This document shows positions 25,030-36,844 of a DNA stretch of 37,977 bases, piece after piece. Position 1 is the first letter of the stretch; the number at the start of each line of letters is the position of its first letter. This DNA is from Octopus sinensis (taxonomy: Eukaryota): NCBI RefSeq assembly GCF_006345805.1, contig NW_021829633.1:1-37977 (forward strand). Direction: 5' to 3'. The notes under the pieces are model-generated. The model saw nothing but the letters and a program-made list of their open reading frames with translations. It made no database searches and had not been told where the DNA came from. Made by a program: the position numbers and the translations under genes.

Positions 25030-25436
25030 TTTCGCTGGTGCATGTTAACTTAGCAGGTATACTATCTTGATGTTTGGTGACAACAAATCTTCTGAAATCT
25101 CAAGATTCTTTCTTCGGGTTCTTGGAGAATATAGAATGGTACTTTTTTTGCAGGTCGACAATGCGAATTTCAATTTCAGTCTCTTTCAGTCTTTTAGGTA
25201 GCGTTTTAGGTAGTGTGTCAAGCGCACCAATAACTACTGGAATAATTGTTGTCCTGACTTTCTACAATCTCTTCAACACTCAGACTAAATCTTGATTTTT
25301 CTCAATGTTTTTCAATTTCTTTGGTATCGACTTTGCTAACCATACGGAATTGCAAAATCTATCATCTTATCTTGTGTATTTATTTTGTGCTGTATAACCA
25401 TGTCTGGTCTTCTTTCCGCAATATTATGGTTGGATT
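25030..25436 (-). mobile_element. R4/Dong-clade non-LTR retrotransposon 3' fragment (restriction-like endonuclease), embedded in (TAA)n
   Basis: Manual translation with frameshifts: ERRPDMVIQHK...MIDFAIPY...KEIE/IEKNQDL...LKRL*KVRTTIIPVVIGALDTLPK...IVDLQK...PRTRRKNLEI. This is the RPD..ID..P..K..KYxDL..PVVIGALG RLE pattern. TAA repeats lie on both sides. Confidence 0.8.
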
Positions 25437-25476
25437 ACTATTATTATTATTATTATTGTTATTATTATTATTATTA

Positions 25477-25522
<46 letters not shown>

Positions 25523-25662
25523 AATATTGTCGTCGTCTTCGTAGTCATCATTATTGTTGCTGATGTTGCTTCTACTGCAGTTGTAGTTGCCGTTGATTAA
25601 ATGCGATTTGTCTTGCTTTCGCAAAATCATGGATATCATTAAGGAACATTACCAAAAAATAC

Positions 25663-25694
<32 letters not shown>

Positions 25695-26945
25695 TCAGTG
25701 TGGAATTTCTCTATAGGTAAGTAAAGACTTAGCTGTTCGCATTATTTCGAATAGCTGAAGAAACAATTGGCTTTAGTCTACGAAGTAAAAACTTTTTTCG
25801 CTTGTAGTAAGAAAATGGCAGTGCAAGGCTGATCAGTTGATCTGCACTACCAAAATGTTAGTGGAAACATGAAGGCTTTTGCACATTATTACATAGTCAT
25901 AAACGTTGAGAAAAAAATGAACGAAAAATTTATTTGAGGTTAAAGGAAGACAATCCCAGTTTTCTTTCGTTTTCCAGAGCCACATGCATCAGACAGGTTT
26001 CAAAATATGAATAAGTCTGCTTGATAGAGCTATGTAACAAAGGCATATGCCTCCTTACTTCATTCACTTAAAGACCAGTACGATTAAAAGAAAGTAACAC
26101 ATTTATATATCACGAAAGACACGTGGGTTCTTTTTATGCTCGCAAAAAATAAATCCAGTTCCAGGCTGTTCTGACTAATACGTAGAACAAGACCTCTTCT
26201 GTCGGTCGAGATAGAAACCACAACATTACATGTGGAATATTCAAAATCGAAAGACTACGAGGAAAAGCAGAATGGCCTGATGGATTATAAATTTCCTCGG
26301 ATGCTCATATCATAATATTTAGGGCCACATAATATAAAGGCTACAATTAAGGATATTTATGACAACATCGGCCTTTACCCCGTCATCAGTTTTTTTTGGT
26401 GGTTAGCACCAAAGTAACCTAGAACTATAAGTAGTTGGATAGGGTCTGAGAATATACAAATTCTAATGATCTCTGAAGAACATTAAAGCCATTCCGCAGA
26501 AAAGCTACGTGACTGGTGGTACAGCTACACCTGCAGGCGTATAGGCCACATGCGGGTCGTCTCTTTAGAGCGGTCGAAAGACAAACAAATGCTGGTGTTG
26601 TTTCTTAGTCTCTTACACCATAACAACAAACACACACACACCACCACTACTACCACCACCACATATGTGCATATATGTATGTGTGTGTCTCTCGCCTTCT
26701 CTCTCCCCCTATCTCTTTCTCTCTCTCTCTTTCTCTCTCTCTCTTTCTCTCTCACTCTCTCTCTCTCTATATATATATTACATACATACATACATACATA
26801 CATACACACACACACATATATATACATACCCACACACATTTATATATGAGTGTATATTGTATTATTTTTTATCTTCAAATGGCAGAAACTGCAAAGTAAC
26901 TCAGGGAATGGGAGTTTCGCGCATATCACTCATAAAGTTTTATAG

Positions 26946-27358
26946 AGGCGCAGGAGTGGCTGTGTGGTAAGTACCTTGCTTACCAACCACATGGTTCTGG
27001 GTTCATTCCCACTGCGTGGCACCTTGGGCAAGTATCTTCTACTATATCCTCGGGCCGACCAAAGCCTTGTGAGTGGATTTGGTAGACGGAAACTAAAAGA
27101 AGCCCACCGTATATATGTATATTTATATGTGTGTGTGTGTATATGTTTGTGTGTCTGTGTCCCCCCCAACATCGCTTGACAACTGATGCTGGTGTGTTTA
27201 CGTCCCCGTAACTTAGTAGTTCGGCAAAAGACACCAACAGAATGAGTACTAGGCTTACAAAGAATAAGTCCTAGGGTCGATTTGCTCGACTAAAGACGGT
27301 GCTCCAGCATGGCCACAGTCAAATGACTGAAACAAGTAAAAGAGTAAAAGAGTAAAGA
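26946..27358 (+). mobile_element. SINE family A, full-length reference copy (octopus OR/OK-type tRNA-CORE SINE suspected)
   Basis: A-box GTGGCTGTGTGG, B-box GGTTCATTCCC, CORE-like 'gcaccttgggcaagt', internal (TA/TG)n and (GTAAAAGA)n tail; more than 10 related copies in the window. The family name is from memory and unverified. Confidence 0.85.
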
Positions 27359-27520
27359 GATATATCATGCATGAAACTCTCGTCCTTTGAGACACTTTGC
27401 TATTTCTGCTGCTTAGAAGTAAAAACAAAAAAGTACATGTATTCATACACTTTCCAGCCACGTTGTTTCGAGTACAGTCCTATAGTGTGTCACGTTGAGT
27501 AAGTGTCTTATACTATTCGG

Positions 27521-27846
27521 CAGTCTGTCTGTTACGACGGTGAGTGTTTCAGGCGATCCGATCAAAGGAACAGTCTTGCTCGTCAAAATTTACGTGCAAA
27601 TGGCTGAGAACTCCGCAGACACGCGTAACCCCTTGACGTAGTTTTCAAAGAGATTTATCGTGACACATAATGTGACCAGTCTGGCCCTTTGAAGTACAAG
27701 TACAACTCATTTCTGTCAGTTGACTGGACGGAAGCCACGTGAAATGAAGTGTCTTGCTCAAGGGATGCAGCACGCAACCGGGAATCGAACTCACGAACAT
27801 AAATTCTCGAACTGAATACTCTAACTACTACCACAAGTGCCTTCAC
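27521..27846 (-). mobile_element. SINE family D head/body with the family C tail
   Basis: Minus strand: gtgaaggcacttgtggtagtagttagag...gagttcgattcccgg...ccttgagcaagacacttcatttcacg, then a tail homologous to 21535-21720. Confidence 0.7.
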
Positions 27847-28123
27847 ATCTTATGCTCTACCCACGGGTCAACAGATGCTTTGTGAGTGAATTTAGTTGAA
27901 GGAAAGAGTATGCAAACTCATCGTAAACATACACACACATACATACATGCATGCACACATACATACATAATACATACATACATGCATACATACATATAGA
28001 CATACATATACGAGTGTGTATATATATTTATAGGGAGAAAATTCACAAAAAAACAAAAGACGAAGACAGGTGGTGTAGACAACGAACAGATGTATTAGTA
28101 TAACGCACGGTAAGTGAAAAAGT

Positions 28124-28159
28124 CTTTAACGTTTCGAGCCGACGCTCTTCCACAGATAG
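28124..28159 (-). ncRNA. Second copy of the CUGUGGA hammerhead-like motif in a Penelope-type terminus (~28031-28168)
   Basis: Minus strand: CTAT-CTGTGGA-A-GAGC(GTCG)GCTC-GAAA-CG-T-T-AAAG. The flank 'aaaagacgaagacaggtggtgtagacaac' is shared with ~20228-20256. Confidence 0.5.
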
Positions 28160-28427
28160 GAACACACGTATGGGATTGTGCATATGTCTTTGGGTTTGCG
28201 CTTAACCCAACACCGCTTGACGTTACTTTGTTGATGTCCCTGTAAATTAGCGGTCCGACAGAAAATACCAATGGAATAGCAATCAAACTACAAAATATAA
28301 GTATTGGGGTCAATTTGTTCGACTAAACACTTGGAGGCTGTACTCCAGCATGGTTGCAACCCAATGCCTGAAACAAGTAAGAAATAACAGAGAATATGTC
28401 TTTGAGTTTTATCTAACCGATATATAC

Positions 28428-28683
28428 GTGAAGGCGCGTGGCCTGGTGGTTTGGGGTGTCGCATTTACGATTGTGAGATCGTGGTTTCGATTCTCAGACT
28501 GGCTGCACGCTGTGTTCGAGAGCAAAACACTTCATTTCACGTTGCTCCAGTTCACTCGGCTGTAAATGGGTAATCCTGCGACGGACTAACCAGTGGAGTG
28601 GCATCATTCGAAAGTTAAAATGATGTGAAATGCATGGTGATCAGCGATGTATAACAACATCCGATAGCCTAGGCGATACCGAT
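28428..28683 (+). mobile_element. SINE family D with the tail shared with 33350-33471
   Basis: tRNA-like head gtgaaggcgcgtggcctggtggtt...ggtttcgattctc, body gagcaaaacacttcatttcacgttgctccag, tail gtggcatcattcgaaag...cagcgatgtataacaacatccgatagcct. Confidence 0.75.
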
Positions 28684-28719
<36 letters not shown>

Positions 28720-28771
28720 CATACACACACACACACACACACACTTTATTAAAAGCAGCAAAAATACCACA

Positions 28772-28817
28772 AAAACTGTTACTCAGAGTTTCACGTTTCC
28801 GTTCGTCGGACAGTTTT
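28772..28817 (-). ncRNA. Minimal type I hammerhead ribozyme (U4C core), minus strand
   Basis: AAAACUGU-CCGACGA-ACG(GAAA)CGU-GAAA-CUC(U)GAG-U-A-ACAGUUUU: perfect 8-bp stem I, 3-bp stem II with GNRA loop, stem III, and GUA cleavage triplet. Confidence 0.7.
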
Positions 28818-28823
28818 ATATAC

Positions 28824-28869
28824 AAAACTGTCCGACGAATGGGAACATGAAACTCTGGGTAACAGCTTT
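28824..28869 (+). ncRNA. Minimal type I hammerhead ribozyme (U4C core), plus strand
   Basis: AAAACUGU-CCGACGA-AUG(GGAA)CAU-GAAA-CUC(U)GGG-U-A-ACAGCUUU: same fold, with pairing kept in stems II and III and one mismatch in stem I. Confidence 0.65.
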
Positions 28870-29559
28870 TGTGATATTTTTTTGTTTTTTTAAAAAAGAG
28901 GATTATTCTATCTCTAGTATTCTAGTAATATTTTTCCCACCTTGTTTCGCATTTATGTGCGTACTCTGGTATATATATATATATATATATATATAATCAC
29001 ATTTGTGTGTGTGTGTGTGTTTGTGTGTGTGTGCATGTGTGATTACATATACACACGCACATACACGTACTCATGCATATGGGTGAGTTTACGTTTACAA
29101 AAGTCTTAAACAAATCCATGCTCGTTTTTATGCTCGTCACACTTTACGTTCCGTAGCTAGCCGTTCGACAAATGGTGCCGGATAAAACTAACAACAAACA
29201 GAAATAAAACTACTGGCTAACGATATGATTAACTATAACCCTTTAAATTTCTTTTGGATGACCGCAGTCTAATTATCTGGCTTTTAAAGGGGGTACTAAT
29301 GGTGAAGTAGTTACCATTAGTGTTCAATATAAACACACACACACACAAACACGCGCGCACACACACACACATACCTCACACACACACATACACATACACG
29401 CACACGCTCGCATGCACACACACACACACATACACACACACACACACATGCACATTCGCACACATAAACATCATTTGCTCATGCATTCACCCGCTTTGCT
29501 TTTCAAAGGCAATAGGTATGATTTGAAGTCGGAGCTGCTGTTTCTTGCAGTTCGATTAG

Positions 29560-30113
29560 TTGCCGAACCGCTAAGTTACAGGGACGTAAGCACACAAACA
29601 TCGGTTGTCAATCTATGTGGGTGGGGGAGAAACACACACACACACAGATACACACACACACACACACCACACACACACACATACAACGGGCTTCTTTCAG
29701 TTTCCGTCAACAGATAAGGATTTGGTCGGCCCGAGGCTATAGTAGAAGACACCTGCCGAGGGTGCCATGCAATGGGACTGAACCCGGAACCATGTGGCTG
29801 GTAAGCACTTCTTACCACACAGTCACGCCTGCGCCTATACACTGTGTATGTATATGTACATGTACATACATATATATATATATATCGTATATCTTTTACT
29901 TGTTTCGGTCATTAGACTGCGGCCATGCTGGTGCAACACCTTGAAGAATTTTTAATCGAATGTAACGACCCCAGCAATTACCTTTTTGAAGTGCGGTACT
30001 TATTCTAACGGATTGTTTCGCAGAACCGTTAACTTATGGGAACCTAAACACACCAGCGCAGGTTGTCAAACGGTGGTGGGGGATGAACACAGACACAAAG
30101 ACACACACTCATT

Positions 30114-30175
<62 letters not shown>

Positions 30176-30327
30176 TATATACAACGGGCTTCTTTCAATT
30201 TCCGTCTGCTAAATCCACTTACAAGATTTTGATCGGCCCGAGGCTGTAGCAGAAGACACTTCCTCAAGGAGCCACGCAGTGGGACTGAACGCGGATCCAC
30301 GTAATTAACAAGTAAACTTCTTATCAC
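29560..30327 (-). mobile_element. Two tandem SINE family A copies (29560-29836 and 29890-30327)
   Basis: Reverse-complement head and tail motifs of family A. Confidence 0.8.
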
Positions 30328-30460
30328 ACATCATCACGTACATGTGTGTGTGTGTGTGTATGTGTGTGTGTGTGTGTGTATGTGTAGATATATATATATA
30401 TATCTTTTTATATGCAGTTATCCCAAGTTGAATATTTGGCAGCTTATTGACCTGTAATTT

Positions 30461-30500
<40 letters not shown>

Positions 30501-30649
30501 ATATATATATAATTACATATACATATATATATATCTATTTATCTATATATATGTATGTATATATATATATTTATATATACACACATATACATACATGCAT
30601 ATATATATATAAATATAAATATAAATATAAATATATATATATATATAAT

Positions 30650-30693
<44 letters not shown>

Positions 30694-31225
30694 TATATAT
30701 TTTATATTTGTCACACTCTGTGGAAGCTTAGGTCTCAATCGACTCGAGGCTTCAATAAAAGTAATAAACTTGCCTAAGATTCCATTCTGTGAGAACTGCT
30801 TAAGCCAAAAAAGAAAAAAAGAAAGAAAAAAGTCGAAATCTAATCAAAAGCCATAACAAAAACAGTAGCAAAAATTGCAACTAACCTTGATATAATACCG
30901 GATGCGAGTGGTTATTTAGGCTAATATTGCGTAACCTGATCGCGGGCCAAGCTGTCATCGCCACCCGATTAGTAGACAAGATATTAACTACATAATATCT
31001 GCATCGTTACTTATTTGTCTGATTTGAAGGACAATTCTCTGTAGTCACGTAAACAGGTGTAATCTCTATCATGTGCTGCTAATAATGTTGTTTCATATAA
31101 CATATTGCTCCACATGTGCAAAAATTAGAGGTAAATAAAGCGTCTAAACATTCCAGCTGGAATGATTGTGTATAAAATATGTTATTTATTCCAAACACTA
31201 TCGTTGGTATTATTAATTATTAATA

Positions 31226-31428
31226 AGGCGTCGGGCTAATAGAATCGTTAACAAACCGGGCAAACATTTCATCAGTGTTTACGTTCTGAGTTCAAATTCC
31301 GCCGAGGTCGACTTTGTCTTTCATCTTTTCGGAGTCGATAAATAAGTACCAGTTGAACACAGGGGCCGATGTAATCGACTTACTCCTCCCTCAAAATTGC
31401 TGGCCTTGTGCCAAACTGTGAAGCCGTT
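31226..31428 (+). mobile_element. SINE family B
   Basis: Core gagttcaaattccgccgaggtcgactttgtctttcatcttttcggagtcgataaataagtaccag. Confidence 0.8.
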
Positions 31429-31444
31429 ATTGATGATTAGTATT

Positions 31445-32860
31445 GCCGTTGTTTAACTCCAGGTTTACACCGATCCAGCAGATCTATAGATAAAGGTATT
31501 TCAGGTGTGACTCTCTCGGTTTTCGTTTTCATGCTATCTAGGACTACATTACTTACTGTGTCCAGTCTCCTTTTTTTTTTATTATAAACGATAGGGTGTA
31601 AAATGCTGAAAAAAAAAATAGCTGCTGTTTCTAATAGATTTATCGCCTACGTAGAGACTCCTTAGGTGATATACTGTTGTGCTTGGTCAACCCTTGGTCA
31701 ATCCACTTTGTTTTTAGTAGTATATAAAACTACTACTTTATACAATGGCGTTCTGTACTTTCACAAGGCGTAGACGGTAGGATGTGATTTGAGCGAAGTT
31801 CACCTGTTATTTTTAGCAACTCTAGTGACCACATATAGGCTCTCTCATTGACACGAAGTGTTACATAATGTGACACTGTGTAATTGTAACGTTATCATTT
31901 AGTTCCGAGTCATCCTTCGTCCATGAGGCAGATGACAAAAGACGCTCCAATCATAGCTACCTCTCCTTACTTGCAGTGTACCTAAAGCTAGATTTATTCT
32001 AACATACTGTTTCGATGTGGTAAACGACTGGCCGCAATTTGAGGCAAATTTAGCTGCTACTTCTAGCAGATGGTAGAGGTTTGCTAGCTGTCTGGCATAG
32101 TATAATGCTGCGTCTTGAGGAAATTATCGTTTAACACCAGGACAGTCCTGTTCCAGTAAACGCATGATCAAAAGTTTCTTTCCAACAGTAAACATCCTAA
32201 ATTTTTTATTAGGCATAGAATATCAAGGAATACACCATCCAATGTGCTACACATTTTTCAATACTTCTTTAAGAAGGTAGGTGTAATAAATTGCTGTCTA
32301 GCCCCAGGTCAGTCCTGTTCCAGTAGGAACACAATCTAAGATCTTTTTTCCAACAATAAGCATCCTATATTTTTCATCGGGCATAGAATATCAAGGAATA
32401 CACCATCCAATGTGCTACACATTTTTCAATACTTCTTTAAGAAGGTAGGTGTAAGGGATTGCTGTTTAGCCCCAAGTCAGTCTTGTTTCAGCAGACAAAC
32501 GATTAAAGTTGTTTTTCTGACAACGTTCCATAGTGTACCCAGGAGTACATCATCCAGTGTGTCACTCATTTATTTATTATTTTCCTAACAAACCGGATGC
32601 GATTGATATGAGTGAAAATTAGCTGTTTGTTCTAGAAGGACGAGTGGTTGTATAAAGGCTCTCTTGGTCAGCTTGCTCCACGAAGTGTTATCAGGCATAG
32701 TATATCTAGGAATACTACATCCGATGTATAACTTATTTTTCATTCTTTTCTTAGGGCAGCAAGGTGTGATTAATATGAGGGAAAATTGGCTGCTACTTCT
32801 AGCAAGATGTGTTGTGCTTTGCAGAGGAGTCTCTCTTCGCCTGCTTGCTTCACGAAGAGT
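31445..32860 (+). repeat. Degenerate tandem array of a ~170-240 bp unit, including an exact 75-bp duplication
   Basis: Motifs 'tgtttaaccccaggtcagtcctg', 'atctaggactacat..tccaatgtg', 'ggtagggtgtgatttgag..aaatttagctgct..ttctagcag' and 'tagaggctctct' recur about 6-7 times. 32212-32286 is identical to 32380-32454 (period 168). Confidence 0.75.
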
Positions 32861-33003
32861 GTGTTGTTCTGGTGTTACTAACGTTGGATTAGTGACGATG
32901 TGACAGCAGTGGTTTGCTAACTAACTGTTTGCAATGAATTTATAAGTAAACACAAGTTGATCGTTTTGTATGTAAGCATCTATGCGCACTCGTAAATCGA
33001 TAG

Positions 33004-33052
<49 letters not shown>

Positions 33053-33160
33053 TATATGAATAATGTATATAATGTATAAAATATGGATATACATAAAAGC
33101 ATACATACAAATACACAATACACACACACACACACACACACAAACACACATATATACAAG

Positions 33161-33471
33161 AAGGCGCAATGGCCAAGTGGTTAGGGCAGCGGACTCACGG
33201 TTGTAGGATCGCGGTTTCGATTTCCAGACTGGGGGTTGTGAGTGTTTATTGAGCGAAAAAGACCTAAAGCTCTACGAGGCTCTGACAGGGGGTGGTGGCG
33301 ATCTCTGCTGTACTCTTTCGCCACAACTTTCTCTCACTCTTTCTTCTGTTGGCCTGCTCGCTTAGCCAGCGGGGTGGCGTCATTTGAAGGCTAAAACAAT
33401 GCGAAGCGCATTGTGACCAGCGATGTGTAGCAACATCTGATAGCCTGGTCGGTCACGGTGATCACGGTGAT
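33161..33471 (+). mobile_element. SINE family C head/body with an alternative tail ending (TCACGGTGA)2
   Basis: Head and body match 21745-21920; the tail matches 28590-28683 instead of 21531-21720. Confidence 0.85.
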
Positions 33472-33875
33472 ATATATACAAATATATATATAAATACAAA
33501 TATGTATACATGTATGCATATATACATATCCACGTGCACATATGTTGTTTCTTTATTTCCCATAAGGGTACACATATGTATGTATACATGCACACACACA
33601 CACACACTCACACATATACATACACTCACACACATACATACACACACACACATACATACACACAGCTAGCTACTAAATAAATGGGGAGATTGTAGTGTGT
33701 TTGTATATGTAAGAATGTACGCACACACACACACACACACGAATATATTTTAAATAAATATCATACAACTACCGTTACAAAGCTGTGGAAAGCATAAAGA
33801 GAGAGTGGTCCGATTGTAAGATCATAGGGGTGGGCGAGTAGTGAGCGTGTTTAATCACCTGTGTCTTAGAATCTA

Positions 33876-34785
33876 ACGTTCTGAGTTCAAATCCCGTTGA
33901 GATCGACTTTGCCTTTCATCCTAAGAAGATTGATAAAATAAGTACCAGTTGAACATTGGGACAATGTAATCACTTTATTCCCTACCCCGAAATTGCTGGC
34001 CTTGTGCCAAAATTTGAAATCATTAATTACGGCACTTTGAACATCATGAGCCGTTCTACTTTTTCTGGGTGACAATGACTGCTGACAGTGTTATTGTTAC
34101 TGTTGTTGTAGCTTAGCTCCTGTTTAACCTTGAATGAACAGATCTTTGAAGACATCCTTGCCGTGACCATCCTTTGCCTTTCATCCTTTCGGGGTCGATA
34201 AATTAAGTACCAGTTATGCACTGAGGTCGATGGAATCGACTTAATCCCTTTGTCTGTCCTTGTTTGTCCCCTCTGTGTTTAGCCCCTTGTGGGTAGTAAA
34301 GAAATATATATTTACTTGAACGGAAGAGTGAAATATAAGACTGTATACACACACACACACATACAAGCACTTCGTAAACCCGTGCTTTCAGGTTTAGTCC
34401 CACTGCGTCGTACCTTGGACAAGCGTCTTCTACTATAGCCCAGGATGGACCAATGCTTTGCGAGTGAATTTGGTTGGCGGAAACTGCGTGGAAGCCCGTT
34501 GTACACATATACACACACGTACACACGTGTACATGTATGTGTGTTTGTGTGTGCGCTTTAGTGGTTGTGTTTATGTCTCAACTGTTTGACAACCGCTTCA
34601 GTTTTTTTTTTCATTTTATAACAATAACAGTCCGACAACAATAAAAAAAGCCCGGTGAAGTAAATGTACCATACTTATTAAAAAAACAAACAAATAAGCA
34701 TTGGGGTCAAGTTGTTTAACCAGACCCTTAAAGGCGGTGCCCCAGCATGGCTGTAGTCCAACTGCTGAAAACGTAAAAGAATAAG
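33876..34785 (+). mobile_element. SINE fragments: family B (33876-34020, 34172-34285) and family A (34365-34785)
   Basis: Family-diagnostic motifs as in the reference copies. Confidence 0.75.
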
Positions 34786-34844
34786 CGAACTTTCAATAAT
34801 GTACCCGCCTTCTAATACGATGACGACAGACTGTTAAATTAAGG

Positions 34845-35345
34845 AGATTTAGCAGTACAAGGCCGAATATGGTGCTGATTTCAGACGCATCCAAACAGGC
34901 GGTTCTGTTAGAATTCTCCGTTTCCTGAGAGAACCGCATCGAGGAAGCTGATGAGAGTCAGAGGAGAGAATATGCCTAGTTAGTGGATTTTTGCCAAAGG
35001 AACCGGTAACGTGTGGTCCCATAGAGGTTGAATGCTGAAGGATTGCGGGCCAGTCCCTCTGCAGAGCATATAACACGCTTAGCATCACAAGAGCTAGTAG
35101 ACACAATGCCATCAGGACGGCTGTTGAAGCAGTAGAGGTTGTCTCAAGGTGGATGTGGATCAGGAAATTCGAACCCTGGAGGGATTAGTACTACTAGCTG
35201 TAGTCTTAACTGTAGACAAGTTAGGGTTTCATCAATCCCCGGCTGGGTCGTTTGGGTGGAAGTGGGTGTCTGATGTTGACTGACTTGAAACACCTAATGG
35301 CCCCAAGAAAAAATCACCGATGGTTTATCCAGGGTCATTACAGAA
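34845..35345 (+). mobile_element. HERO-clade non-LTR retrotransposon 3' fragment (RLE domain + 3'UTR), decayed
   Basis: Manual translation STRPNMVLISDASKQAVLLEFSVS*ENRIEEADE...EYA*LVDFC.../CGPIEVEC*RIAGQSLCRAYNTLSIT...AIRTAVEAVEVVSRWMWIRKFEPW matches the RPD...ELTVPWE...PVEVGCRGF...SRWLW pattern. It is followed by a UTR 'ccccggctgggtcg...gggtgtctgatgttga...gaaacacc'. Confidence 0.8.
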
Positions 35346-35627
35346 TTATATATGGAACAGCTATCGGATTCTTCTATTAGTTCTATAAGATTTGTTTGAA
35401 GCGAGCACATGAAGGTCTTGTTAATTAATTTGTATCCAGCAGGGGTGGCCAGAAACTGTATTGTAAGGTGGATGCAGGCATGGTAATTTGGTTCAGGAGT
35501 CTGCTTGGAAATTACTTGGTTCTGGATTCGTTCCCACTACACCGCACGGTCCTGTGAGCTGATCTCTTCTAACCTTCACCTGATTAATATGCTGAATTTC
35601 GTAGATGGACACTGTACATAATACTGT

Positions 35628-35665
<38 letters not shown>

Positions 35666-36289
35666 CCTGTGTGCGTGCGTGCATGTGTGTGTATGTGTGT
35701 GTGTGTGTGTAGGTACCTATCTATCTACATATCAATACATAGTTATTTTGATATCTTTTATTGCCAGGGAGTCACAAAGTGACTCAAAAGGCGCGAGTTT
35801 TCGTGCAGAACACGAGTTCAAATCTCATTGAGGTCCTTCTGTGATCCCGCTTAGATCAACCTTGCATTTTCTCTTTTTCGGGGTCGATTAATTAAAGTAC
35901 CAATCCCGTGCGGCTGAGTGACGCAATTATAGACATGTCGAACCGGATATCTTACAGAGATTTCTTCTGACTTTTGGGTTTCTGAGTTCGGTTCCCACCA
36001 TGGCCTACTTGGCTGGTAGATTTAATCCTTCATCCAATCTGCCACTACTACTTGGAATCCTAAGCGCCTTTAGCAGGGTCCACTCTGTTGTATGAGTTTG
36101 GGTCATATCTCCGGTTTGAAGTTACCTTCCTCCATGCCCTCCCACCAGTTTCAGAGGCCTTGTAAAGGGTCGTGGGCACTTCCTTTTCTCCCTTCATGAC
36201 GATTGGAACCCGGCGCTAGCATTGTCAATATAGACGAATGCTGTTTCGCGGGATTGCAACTTTGTGCAGCTTTTCCTCTCCATAATAAT

Positions 36290-36712
36290 CCTTTCTACTC
36301 AAAGCACAAGGCCTGACATTTTGAAGGAGTGCTCAACTCCAGTACTCAGCTGGTACTTGTTTTAAGGATCTCGTAAGGATGAAACGCAAAGTCGACCGCA
36401 GCGAATTTTGAACTCGGGATGTAAGGTCTGAAGAAATGCCGCTTAGTATTTTGTCCAGCATGCTAACGCTTCTGCCATCTCGCCGCCTTCTCTCCTTTCC
36501 ATAATAATAGTTTTGAATTTTAGTACAAGGCCTGAAATTTTAGGGTGGGTGGAGCTTGTCGATTGCATTGATCCCAGTGCTCAACTGGTTCTTATTTCAT
36601 CGATCCCGAAAGGATGAAAAGTAAAGTTGAGCTGGGAACCGAAGGAACGTAAGAAATGTTGTTAGGCATTTTGTCCGGCATACTAACGCTTCTGCCGGCT
36701 CATCGCCTTCTA
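36290..36712 (-). mobile_element. Two tandem diverged SINE family B copies
   Basis: Each runs from 'ataataat...acaaggcctga' to 'ctaacgcttctgcc..ctcgccgccttc'. Confidence 0.75.
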
Positions 36713-36844
36713 TTCTCTTCTCTCTATAATAATGGTCAAATATGTTAGTTCTTTAAGTACTGTAATTCTGCCAAGCGTCCTTGCCCCAAAGGAGTTCAGG
36801 CAGCTCCTAAGGTCCCCAGACAGTGTCCAAGTCTCACAACCCAC

